Source: an uncultured archaeon
Lineage (GTDB): Archaea > Asgardarchaeota > Lokiarchaeia > Sigyniarchaeales > SOKP01
DNA: 64,000 bases
Assembly: GCA_964583985.1 (NCBI GenBank)
Contig: CAZOYD010000013.1
Span: forward strand, 1 to 64,000
Direction: 5' to 3'
Shown one piece after another: positions 31,712 to 41,383 of the stretch. Position numbers and translations under genes: made by a program. The first letter of the stretch is position 1; every line of letters starts with the position of its first letter. The notes beneath the pieces were generated by a model. That model made no database searches. It was not told the DNA's origin and saw only the letters and a program-made list of their open reading frames with translations.

Positions 31712-32476
31712 TTACTCTTCTAACGTTTCCTTTCCCATCAAGCGCATTACAGAATCCGCAAGTTTATTTTGAGATCGACTCATAATCCCCTTGATTTTTC
31801 CCTCCTTGCCTAACACTCTAAGGGAAATTCCGTTCCAAACTGAGGAAGGCTCACCCTTTACCTTTTTAAAACGATCTCGAAATACCTTGACACTAATTTT
31901 ATCGTAATTTTTAGACGCTTCAGAGCATTTAAAACATAAGATGCATTTATCAATGTCCACTTTAATTTCCTTACCTTCTCTTGAAAGCGCACCTGTAGCA
32001 CACTCTTTTGTAAATGCTTCAATTACTTTTTCATCCTTTTCATCGCACGTAAATGTGATTGAACCGTCAACAACCTTGCGAACCTTATGTCCGTTTTCCA
32101 GAATTCGAACTTCCTCTTCAAATTCTGGAAGAGAACCATTTTCTACTAACAATAATTGTTTTTCTCCGTTAACGAATAGTTCTAATGTATATCCTGGACA
32201 AATCCAAGTACAACTACCACACCATATACACTTATCAGTATCAACAACGACTTTTTTCTTCGATTCAATTTGCATTTCCTCTGGAGTTCCAATGGCCGTT
32301 TTTTTTAGAGGTTCATTATAAATTGAGACGGTTACTGGGCATACTCTATGACAAAAACCACATTCAATGCATTTACTCTCATCATACTTAAGAATCATTT
32401 CATGGTTGAGCATCTTGTAAGTATAATGAGTAATATTTTCATCAATTTCGATTGTTTTCTTAGCTGGTAATGACAT
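31712..32476 (-). CDS. 4Fe-4S binding (polyferredoxin/FwdF-like) protein
   Basis: CIECGFCHRVCP, CIWCGSCTWICP, CILCFKC. Confidence 0.85.
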   Translation of the reverse strand: MSLPAKKTIEIDENITHYTYKMLNHEMILKYDESKCIECGFCHRVCPVTVSIYNEPLKKTAIGTPEEMQIESKKKVVVDTDKCIWCGSCTWICPGYTLELFVNGEKQLLLVENGSLPEFEEEVRILENGHKVRKVVDGSITFTCDEKDEKVIEAFTKECATGALSREGKEIKVDIDKCILCFKCSEASKNYDKISVKVFRDRFKKVKGEPSSVWNGISLRVLGKEGKIKGIMSRSQNKLADSVMRLMGKETLEE

Positions 32477-32589
32477 TAATACTCACTTTTTTTTTTTAAA
32501 ACATTATGATCAATTTATTTCTAAAAAATAAAAATCCTTTTAGTTATTTTAGGATATTATTAAATCCATCTTTATAGATTTTTTTAAAA

Positions 32590-34623
32590 TTAGGAAAACA
32601 TCTTCTCAATCACTGTTTTCAATTGAGGTATTTTATTTATTTTAATAACTCGATTAGTTTTCCTTGACATATTAAATGTATTCCAGATTTCTTTAGTGTT
32701 TTGAATTTGATCTATAAAAAAATTGATCCTTTTAATAGCCCTATATGAGTGTCCTTTGTATAAATAGCAAACCAAAAATTTATCCATAGGTTTTAAGATG
32801 ACTGTATGCTCTCCGAATTTGGCTCTGTCGAGACCTTCAGAAAATATCTCACCACTGAATGAATTTATCGCTGAAAGAAATCCTCCGAATAAGTCATCCT
32901 CAAAAGACCACCCCTCACTAAATACCTGAGAGAAAAGAGGCATTCCTCCCTCAGCTAAAACCAGTAAGACTACTGGATCTTCGTCGAAAGATTCAATTTT
33001 GTTTAAATCTCCTTTCCTTAGCATAGCTTTTATCTGGTCTTCAATATGGATTATATCCATCCTTTTACTTATAGGAATATCTTCCTCTTTCAAACTTTCC
33101 AAGTTATTTATTTCTTTCAATATATTATCATGTTCTATCGATATTTTTTCTGCCAGTATATACATTCCATGTTCTTCGGCAATTTTTTGTGCTAGAGTTA
33201 ATAACCTTCTCGCTTCTTTTATATCCAAAATTAATAAAGCAAGTTTCGCTTGTAATGTGTAAGTTTCAGATAAGATCCAATAAGAATTTGAATCTTGACA
33301 GATTTTCAACAATCTCTTCAGTAAAGGATTTATTTCATCAAGAATTTCATCGTTATTCGTTATTTTTAGTTTTTTAAGCAATAGATCACATAATAATGTT
33401 AAAGTAACAATTAATATATCATTTTTAACCGTATCCTCATTAATTATTTGCCTAAGTGCTTCATTAATAAGATCTTCATTAATAATTTGTTTAATTAATT
33501 CCGTGTCAATTTGGCTTTCAAGATCAGGTTTTAATTTCAAATCATATGCTTTTTCGTCAAGATACGAGTGTTGAATCAGGACATTGTCCTTTTGCTCATT
33601 AATTAGTCTTAATTCTCCCAAATACTCTTGAGCAGAATCTAAATCTCCTATATCTATAAAATATTTAACAAAATTTGAAATTAAAGTCGCTAATATGAAA
33701 TTATTTTGAATTTGATATGATAATTCGAGTGCTGTTTTGAAATGCTCATAACCTTCATCATGTTTTCCTTGCCAGAATTTTAATCCACTAATATTCATAT
33801 GGATCGCTGATATTAATGTATGATTTCCAGTCGCTTCAATCATGGGTAAACATTTTAAATTATACTCTAACGATTTATCATATTCTCCTTCTAATGAATA
33901 TAGTATACCTAAATTCATGAGATTAAATGCAATGATTTGGTGATTATTAGATTCTTCAGCAAGCTTTTGAGCACGTTCAGCGTAGGACAACGCAGTATCG
34001 AAATCATCCTTTAAAAGAGTATAATGTGCCGTAATCCAAAAGAGGGCTTCAGCAATTTCAGATTTGTTTCCATATTTTTCTCTTATATCTAAACATTGTT
34101 TTGCATAAACCATTCCTTTTTTTGGATCTCCTAAAAAATAATAGGTACCAGCATAGATATAATAGAGTGCTGCTTTTTTCCTTTCTTTATCTTCAATAGA
34201 TTGCTTTTTCGATGATTTAAGTAGCTTCTCACACTCGGTAAGAACTTCCAATGTTTTATCAAGAAATCCTAGCCACATTAAAGAAAGGGCCATGTTTAAA
34301 CAAAAATCTATCAATTCAATTTTTTTTTTTTTTGATGTTTTTGCTTCATTGTAACCCATTTGGCTATAATTTAACCCTTCGGGGTAATCTCCTATCTTAT
34401 TCATTAAAGATGCCATAATTAAATGAAGACTCAAGGCAGATGGTTGATCTAATGAATTCTCCTCTTCGATATCTTTTAATAATGAGAACGCAGCATTATA
34501 ATCACCTTCATTGATTAAGGATTCTATTTTAATCAGTTCATCAGGTTTTCGTTGTGGAATCAAGATTTCCCTTAATTTGGTATAAATTATATTTCCAATC
34601 CAATCTTTTTTATCTTCACTCAT
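32590..34623 (-). CDS. TPR-repeat protein with a C-terminal longin-like domain (paralog of 18788-20761)
   Basis: TPRs. C-terminal LLVLAEGGMPLFSQVF...LFGGFLSAINSFSGEIFSEGLDRAKFG is highly similar to the paralog. Confidence 0.8.
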   Translation of the reverse strand: MSEDKKDWIGNIIYTKLREILIPQRKPDELIKIESLINEGDYNAAFSLLKDIEEENSLDQPSALSLHLIMASLMNKIGDYPEGLNYSQMGYNEAKTSKKKKIELIDFCLNMALSLMWLGFLDKTLEVLTECEKLLKSSKKQSIEDKERKKAALYYIYAGTYYFLGDPKKGMVYAKQCLDIREKYGNKSEIAEALFWITAHYTLLKDDFDTALSYAERAQKLAEESNNHQIIAFNLMNLGILYSLEGEYDKSLEYNLKCLPMIEATGNHTLISAIHMNISGLKFWQGKHDEGYEHFKTALELSYQIQNNFILATLISNFVKYFIDIGDLDSAQEYLGELRLINEQKDNVLIQHSYLDEKAYDLKLKPDLESQIDTELIKQIINEDLINEALRQIINEDTVKNDILIVTLTLLCDLLLKKLKITNNDEILDEINPLLKRLLKICQDSNSYWILSETYTLQAKLALLILDIKEARRLLTLAQKIAEEHGMYILAEKISIEHDNILKEINNLESLKEEDIPISKRMDIIHIEDQIKAMLRKGDLNKIESFDEDPVVLLVLAEGGMPLFSQVFSEGWSFEDDLFGGFLSAINSFSGEIFSEGLDRAKFGEHTVILKPMDKFLVCYLYKGHSYRAIKRINFFIDQIQNTKEIWNTFNMSRKTNRVIKINKIPQLKTVIEKMFS

Positions 34624-34786
34624 TTAAATCATAATATCTATTTGGTGTGTATTTGACAAATTTCATTTCCTTAATATAAATACCTCATAAAATTTTTATA
34701 TATTTAATGTTTATTAAATATTCTGAACAGCTTTCAATGTAATAGGAATAAATAAAATATATGATAAAAAAGATGATGGATAAAAA

Positions 34787-35926
34787 TTAGGTTTTTTTTA
34801 ACTCCATTTGGCTAATCGCTTTACCCGATCTAAAAGGAATGTCATCAAGGCTCTCCCCTGAAGAATACCCAAATTTCTTTCTAAATGCATCATTTAATGA
34901 TTGGAAGTATAGTGAAAGTGGCAAGTGTTGAGGACAATTATTATCGCAGTTACCGCATTCAATGCAACGATCTGCAACGTGTGCTATGCGCGTTAATTGA
35001 TATGTTTCTTTATTTATGGTCTTTTCTTTACGTTTCTTCTGGAGAATGCAATCTACGCAATAACAAACGGGACATCCTCTAATGCATGTATTACACATGG
35101 TACATGCTTGAAGTCTCGAAATTTTTTCCGCTTGAGGTAATTTGTCCCATTCCTCAAGATCTTTTACTCGTTTTGCCAAGGAGGTCTCCTTGATTTCTTT
35201 AATTTTATCCGAAAGTTTTGTTTTGAGATCGGTTGGAAGTGGTTTCTTATTAATCTTCGATTTTTCTACAAGATCATTTCCTTTTTCAGAATAAACCTTC
35301 AATACTATTTCATCTGAATCGATGGCCATTGATAAGTCACTGATGCTTAAATCCGCAACCACAGGGATTTTTCGAGTGCACCTGCTGCAATTATCAGCTA
35401 TATTTAATGCAACATCGACAACGCTTCCATCTTCCATTTTAAACATCAATCCATTATCGCCGATTTTTTCTTTCACAATCTTGGTCTTATCGATATCTGG
35501 GAAATTTCGCATCTCTCGAGAGACATTAATAACCATTCCTCTATCTTCAAATGCGATAATGAATAAATTATCCAAATTGACCTGTTTAATTTTCGCAAGT
35601 TCAATTAAGCCCCTTGTATCACAAGGGCGTGCAATAAGACCAATTTTTTCATGTAAGGCACCTTCAAGTGTCTTATGAAGGTATTTTGATGCCGTATCTG
35701 TTCTCGCATACCCATAAGCTAATAAATTGGTAAGCGGAAAGGAAGTTATATCATCTACCTTTTCATATACTACGGGTTGTACCGTGAATCGATCTTCCAC
35801 GTTAGTCTTTTTATCTACCTTAGTTTCGGCTCCCAAAATCTTATCTACGACTCTTTCCTTGAGAAGTGTAGTTAAAAGTTTTGGAAAATCATCAATTTTT
35901 ATTAGATATTCTGCAATTGAATCCAT
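34787..35926 (-). CDS. FdhB/FrhB-like (F420-interacting beta subunit family) Fe-S protein
   Basis: KIGLIARPCDTRGLIEL, CSRC...ADLSI, CTMCNTCIRGCPVCYC, CIECGNCDNNCP. Confidence 0.8.
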   Translation of the reverse strand: MDSIAEYLIKIDDFPKLLTTLLKERVVDKILGAETKVDKKTNVEDRFTVQPVVYEKVDDITSFPLTNLLAYGYARTDTASKYLHKTLEGALHEKIGLIARPCDTRGLIELAKIKQVNLDNLFIIAFEDRGMVINVSREMRNFPDIDKTKIVKEKIGDNGLMFKMEDGSVVDVALNIADNCSRCTRKIPVVADLSISDLSMAIDSDEIVLKVYSEKGNDLVEKSKINKKPLPTDLKTKLSDKIKEIKETSLAKRVKDLEEWDKLPQAEKISRLQACTMCNTCIRGCPVCYCVDCILQKKRKEKTINKETYQLTRIAHVADRCIECGNCDNNCPQHLPLSLYFQSLNDAFRKKFGYSSGESLDDIPFRSGKAISQMELKKT

Positions 35927-36065
35927 GTCTTTCCATCTCAGAGTTATTAAAATATTTTTATACTTTGTTTGTAAATTTTCATTAAATCTTATTTTTTATT
36001 CTTACTTTTTAAAACTTTATACTTTTTAGTAATATAAAACTTATGTGTTTTATGGTGCATACCAT

Positions 36066-36110
36066 TTCTTCAACTGAATTCTCATTTTTTTAACTCAGTT
36101 TCATTAGATA
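36066..36110 (-). ncRNA. Eukaryote-like SECIS element (cis-acting, 3' UTR of hdrA-mvhD)
   Basis: RNA reads UAUCUA-AUGAA-ACUGAGUU-AAAAAAAUGAG-AAUUCAGU-UGAA-GAA: an AUGA/UGA tandem G.A core, an 8-bp helix and an apical A run, directly downstream of two UGA-containing genes. Confidence 0.85.
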
Positions 36111-36123
36111 ACACTTTAATTAT

Positions 36124-36597
36124 TCACGTTTTGGCTTTTTTCATTGTGTCGCCCTTAGACTTAAAAGGACTTTGTCCTAACTCCCGTATGACCTTATCAA
36201 ATGCAGTAGCATCTTGCTGGAACTTTTGTCCTTCTGCTGCGGTGCACCATCCCATACGAATTCGTTTTTCACTGATTCCCATTGATTTGAGTACTTCTTT
36301 TACATACTCAACTTCCCGGTATGCAAAATAATTCCCTGTTTCATAATCGCATTCTTTTGGATATCATCCAACAATCATGACACCATCAGCTCCTCGCCCA
36401 AATGCCCTCATTATTAAATCCGATCCGACTCGTCCGGAACAAGGCACGAGTACCGTTCTAATTGAAGAGGGATATTGAGCTCGGATAGTTCCCGCCATAT
36501 CTGCACTGCCATATCCTCATTTTTGTGTGACTCTCGTTTCGAGAGCCTCATTCCAACAGAGGAAGGCAATTATTTTAATATCAATATCTTCAGTCAT
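36124..36597 (-). CDS. mvhD: Selenocysteine-containing hydrogenase/Hdr iron-sulfur subunit D (MvhD/VhuD), 157 aa, 2 Sec
   Basis: Absent from the ORF track. Reads MTEDIDIKIIAFLCWNEALETRVTQK-U-GYGSADMAG...QYPSSIR...PCSGRV...ADGVMIVG-U-YPKECDY...CTAAEG. The TGAs at 36517-36519 and 36364-36366 align with Cys in the paralog at 46217-46684. GAGGT RBS upstream. Confidence 0.92.
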
Positions 36598-36610
36598 TTT
36601 AGTTACCTCT

Positions 36611-38581
36611 TTATTCTTCTATAGGAAGTAATTCATCAAGTAATGCCATGTATTGAATATCCCTAAAATAGGTCAGTTCGATTGCTTGTGATGGACAGAT
36701 AGCGGCACACGTGCCGCAACCTCGACATTTAATTAAATCCACGACGATATTTCCGTTTTGATTTATCGAGATGGCACTATACGGACACGCTTCGATGCAT
36801 TTATAACATTTAGCACATCGTTCATCGGAGGGAGTTGCTCGAATTAATTCCATGGTATATTCTCCTTTACCCATGGGAATACCAGCAGCTGATGCTGCAC
36901 CTCGAGCTTGCCCAACAGCGTACGCAATTCCTTTCTGACCTTGACATGAACCTGCGAGATATATTCCAGGAACCTTGGTGCTAATGGGGTCTAATCTAGG
37001 ATGGTATTCCTTGAGAAAGCCATCAGGACTTTTTTCCATGTTAAGCACCTGCGCAATTTCATTAGTACCTTGAGAGGGTAGGGATGCTGATGAGAGAATT
37101 ACCATGTGAAATTCCTCCTCCACGACTGCGTCAGCTCCGACGATCTCCATTTGAACTTTTAGATTTTTCGTTAAAGGGTCTTCTTCAATTTTTCCTACAA
37201 GTCCTTTAGTGAAAATGATTCCCGCATCTCGAGCTCTCCTGTAATATTCTTCATAATCTTTTCCGCAATTCCTCATATCAATGTAAGATACCATGATTTG
37301 GGTTTCGGGATGTTCAGATATAATTAACTTTGAATTTTTTACCGATAAGTTACAACAAACTACTGAACAATAGGGATTAGTCTTCACATCTCGAGATCCA
37401 ACGCAATTTATGAACAATATTTTTGTAGGTCGTTTTTTATCAGAAGGTCTAATTAAATGACCATAAGTAGGTCCATTAGGGGCTAGAATTCGTTCTAGTT
37501 GGATTTGAGTCAGGACATTTTCATATTTCCCATATCCATAATCAGGTCCCTGATAGATGTCCCAACCCGTGGCTACTATGATTGTTCCTACATCAAGCTC
37601 CACGATCTCATCTTGCATGCTAAAATCTACGGATTCTTGGTCACATGCATCAACGCATCCAAAACATTCAACACAAGATTCTCTCACGAGATCATAAACA
37701 GCGGGTACTGCTTGAGCGAAAGCAATGTCAATGACCTTTCGAGCCGAAAGATTCTCATCAAAGTAATTAGGAACATAAATCGGACACACGTCAGTGCATT
37801 GTCCACATCCCGTGCACGTTTTTTCATTCACAAATCGTGCTTTTCTTCGAATTTTTACTTTGAAATTGCCAATATAGCCATCAACAGATTCAACTTCTGA
37901 ATATGTCATTAAATTGATTTTTGGATGCCTATTAGCTTCAAGCATCTTTGGGCCAAGTATTCAAATGCTACAATCATCGGTAGGGAATGTTCGATCCAAC
38001 TGGCTCATCCTTCCTCCTATTGTACTCTTTTTCTCAACCAAGTGGACTTGATAACCCGCATTCCCTAGATCAATGGCAGTACTGAGTCCTGCAATTCCAC
38101 CTCCAACCACTAAAGCAGCTTTGGTGACTGGAACGGTTTTAGTAGGTACGGCTTCTAATAATCTCGATCGTGCTATACCAGCCTTTATCAGATCTATAGC
38201 CTTTTGAAGAGCTTTCTCTCGTTCCTTTTGATGTACGAATGAACATTGTTCTCTAATATTTACAAACTCTAAATATCTTGGAGGTAAGCCTGCTTCTGCT
38301 AAAATTGCATGAAAGACGGGTTGGTGCGTTTTTGGCGTGCAAGCAGCAACCACGATTCGATCCAATTTGGCTTCTATGATCTGTTCTTTGATATAGGTTG
38401 ATCCTCCTTCAGTACACATTGATAAATACTCGAACGCTTTTACTCCAGGAAGTTTATTAAGTTCTTCAACGATCGTAGGAATATCCAAAATACCAGCGAT
38501 ATTGATACCTCAGCGACACACGAAAACGCCAACGTTTTCTAAATCTTTATTCTCTATATCTTTGGTCTGTTTTTCAGACAA
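36611..38581 (-). CDS. hdrA: Selenocysteine-containing heterodisulfide reductase subunit A, 656 aa, 2 Sec
   Basis: Track ORFs 37961-38488 and 36611-37945 are in one frame. TTG start at 38581 after AGGTG. VGVFVCR-U-GINIAG (TGA 38510-38512) and TFPTDDCSI-U-ILGPKM (TGA 37961-37963) match CQCGINIAG and DCSLCILAPKM in the Cys paralog. Confidence 0.95.
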
Positions 38582-38838
38582 ATTTTACACCTTAACTATT
38601 AAATCCTCCTAATTATTTGAGATTTATTAATATGGTATTATCTCATTAATAGTAAAATGTTACAATTAATATATTGATCTCTTAAATTAAGCTTTTTATT
38701 AAAGTTCAATTGTTATTACATTTCATTTAGGTTAGATATTCATGTAAGAACCACAGAAAAATAGAATATTTAAATTATTATTTTTATTAAAGGAGTAGTT
38801 ATTCAAAAAAGATTGAAATTAATTATTAAATAAAATTT

Positions 38839-40020
38839 TTATTTTGAATCTAACTGTAAAAGCGCTCTAAGATCCTTTTGAGTTGCAGGTAATTTATATT
38901 CCTCCAGAAGTTCAATCAAATTATCAGAATTTATATCTTCGCCCATCCATAATTTAGTATTTTCAGCTAATGCCTTTAAAACCATCTTTTGATACTTATT
39001 AAACTGCTTCAATGTCCAAGCTCCTTGTTCTGGAATTTCAGGAAATACTATCCAGAGAAGGGAATATATTACGTTTAATGCTTTGATGCCGGTTAATTTT
39101 GCCAAGATTTTCGATAAATCAGGGATGACCTTTTCTGGAGATTGTACAGAGCAGAATTTAATAACCTCCGTGATAAATCCTAATAATTCTCCATCATTCC
39201 ATGGGTATTCAAATGGGGAGAGATCCGTCTCAATAATGGATGGTATCTGTTTTAAAATGTAATCTATCGGGATCGTGTCAACCTCTTCTTCCAAAATATT
39301 AATAAGTGCGATTGCAGCAGATAACTTTACTAGAAAAGAAGCCTGGGTTGAAAGATAACTTCTAAACAATTGCTCATCACTTGTATCCTCCAAATAGGAG
39401 CCTAGCATGGAGAGTGAGATCAATAAATTAGCAATAATTGTATCATCAGTCTCTTTCTTAATAAGATCACGTATCTTAGGTATGGAGTTTTTTGATTCTT
39501 CTCGAAACCAAGCAACGGCAAAAATTGCCATGATTTTAATCTCGGAATTTTTACTCTCGAGACAGGTATAATAGGTGGAAATTTCTTTTAATGTTGCCTT
39601 GTATGACTCAATAAACGCTTCCATATCCTCAAGCCAATCTTGATCTGCTTCCCCTAAATCCTCAATTTTTGCCTCTTCTTTTAATTGATTGGCATCAATT
39701 GCCCAATCTTCCACATTTGGTCCTTTTGGTAGAAATGCTTCTGGATATCCCAATGCTAAATCTACCGTGAACTTTATGAGGTTAGCTTTATCAAGAACTT
39801 GAGGTCCACGAATCAATTCAAATATAAAGGGTATAGCAAAAGGAGTGGCTTTATAACGGGTTCCTTGATGGAAGATGTTACCATAAAGCTCCCATAACGC
39901 ATCTGCTCTTTTTTCCTCATCTTTTGAGGCTAAGCTTCTAATTAGGTCGGGAACATCAGAAGCTTCTCCATACGCATGTTCTAAATTTTTCCAATCGATC
40001 TTATCAAGACCTTCTAACAT
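38839..40020 (-). CDS. HEAT-repeat-like protein
   Basis: LDKIDWKNLEHAYGEASDVPDLIRSL...IFHQGTRY N-terminus followed by helical repeats. Confidence 0.75.
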   Translation of the reverse strand: MLEGLDKIDWKNLEHAYGEASDVPDLIRSLASKDEEKRADALWELYGNIFHQGTRYKATPFAIPFIFELIRGPQVLDKANLIKFTVDLALGYPEAFLPKGPNVEDWAIDANQLKEEAKIEDLGEADQDWLEDMEAFIESYKATLKEISTYYTCLESKNSEIKIMAIFAVAWFREESKNSIPKIRDLIKKETDDTIIANLLISLSMLGSYLEDTSDEQLFRSYLSTQASFLVKLSAAIALINILEEEVDTIPIDYILKQIPSIIETDLSPFEYPWNDGELLGFITEVIKFCSVQSPEKVIPDLSKILAKLTGIKALNVIYSLLWIVFPEIPEQGAWTLKQFNKYQKMVLKALAENTKLWMGEDINSDNLIELLEEYKLPATQKDLRALLQLDSK

Positions 40021-40205
40021 GCTGGTGCACCAAAATAGTATATAATAATAATGTTCATATAAATAACATTAAGATTGCACATATTAAAAAAACCTAGGAT
40101 TTTGAACTAATCACCTCTTAGAAGCATTAAGTTTATTTTAATCTCATACTTTATGATCATGAAATTGAATGATGATGCAATGATTTCCTTTAAGGATGGA
40201 ATATC

Positions 40206-41375
40206 ATGAGTTATTTAACCCACGAAAGTATCAATCAGTTAATATTGCAAAAGCAACACCTCACTCCAAATTCAAAAATTGATGATATCATTCAAATTAG
40301 CAAGGATCTATGCGGATTGCAAGCCACAGGAACGTTTGAACCGTATGTATATCTATTTTGTAGGTGCAACAACTTTCAAAAAGAAGATTTGGAAAAACTA
40401 TGGTATGAAATTAAAAATCTCATTAAAATCAGGGGCATGCGCAATACCTTGTTCATCATTCCTAAACAAGATACTCCAATCATCCATAATGCTACAACTT
40501 TTCTTAAAGAAAGCCGATTTGAAGGGTTTTTTACCCATTCTGACTTTACAAGAATGGAATACAATGAATTAGAAACTGAAATTCTCCACGTTCTAAAAGA
40601 GGAACCCTTAATTGCAACAGATATTAAAAAGCGGATCAACACCGATAGAAACATTTCCATAATTCTCTCGCTGATGTGTGATAAACTCCTTTTAGTGAGG
40701 TATAAGCCCCCCAATGGATGGAAAGACAGGAGAATTACTTATTCGTTGATGAAAAACATGTTTCCCGACCTGAACTTTGAAGTCATGGAAGAGCGTGTAT
40801 CAAATGAAATGCTTGTTCTTAGGTATATAAAAGGATATGGTCCTGTTACCGAACAAGACATTTCTTGGTGGACTGGAATTCCAATTACTAAAATTAGAAA
40901 CGTCCTTGAAAGCATTCAAACTCAAGTTGAACCTTTAAACTTCCATGAGGATGTTTACTACACGTGCAAATCTGATATTAAAACTCTCAAAAAATCAAAT
41001 ATTTCAAAAGATCCCATTATAAATCTCTTGGCAAGCTTGGATCCATACTTGATGGGATATAAAAATAGAAAGCGTTTCATTAATGATGATATTTACAATC
41101 TTGTATTCGACCGGTCTGGAAACGCCACCTCTACCATCTTATTGAATGGAAGAGTAATTGGTATATGGGATTTTCAATCCAAACCAGAACCTATTGTAAA
41201 ATTCTTGTTATTTCAAAAAATAACAAAAGAAATTTTAAATGGAATAAAAAAGCACGCGAAGCAGATTGGGGAATTCATTCTTGAGCATGAAGTGAAAATT
41301 CAAAAATGTACGAATCTTATCCCTTTAACAAAAAGGAGTGCTGGGACCTTTATGAGACCTCTAAGGAATTGTTAA
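40206..41375 (+). CDS. Winged-helix AlkZ/YcaQ-like (HTH_42) DNA glycosylase family protein
   Basis: LCGLQAT, GMRNTLF, RYIKGYGPVTEQDISWWTG, LDPYLMGY, NGRVIGIW. Confidence 0.8.
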   Translation: MSYLTHESINQLILQKQHLTPNSKIDDIIQISKDLCGLQATGTFEPYVYLFCRCNNFQKEDLEKLWYEIKNLIKIRGMRNTLFIIPKQDTPIIHNATTFLKESRFEGFFTHSDFTRMEYNELETEILHVLKEEPLIATDIKKRINTDRNISIILSLMCDKLLLVRYKPPNGWKDRRITYSLMKNMFPDLNFEVMEERVSNEMLVLRYIKGYGPVTEQDISWWTGIPITKIRNVLESIQTQVEPLNFHEDVYYTCKSDIKTLKKSNISKDPIINLLASLDPYLMGYKNRKRFINDDIYNLVFDRSGNATSTILLNGRVIGIWDFQSKPEPIVKFLLFQKITKEILNGIKKHAKQIGEFILEHEVKIQKCTNLIPLTKRSAGTFMRPLRNC

Positions 41376-41383
41376 TTGAATTT

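Noticed and set aside
33433-33490. Short internal duplication (QIINEDLINEALRQIINED) in the TPR-longin gene
   Set aside because: A small in-frame slippage duplication with no sign of being a functional repeat or mobile element.
36124-38581. Interpreting the broken hdrA ORFs and the missing mvhD as pseudogenes
   Set aside because: All four interruptions are TGA, in frame and at conserved Cys positions. There are no frameshifts, and a SECIS-like hairpin follows.
38705-38727. AUGAA...UGAA upstream of Sec-hdrA as a 5' SECIS
   Set aside because: The intervening helix is only about 4 imperfect bp, and the element probably lies upstream of the promoter.
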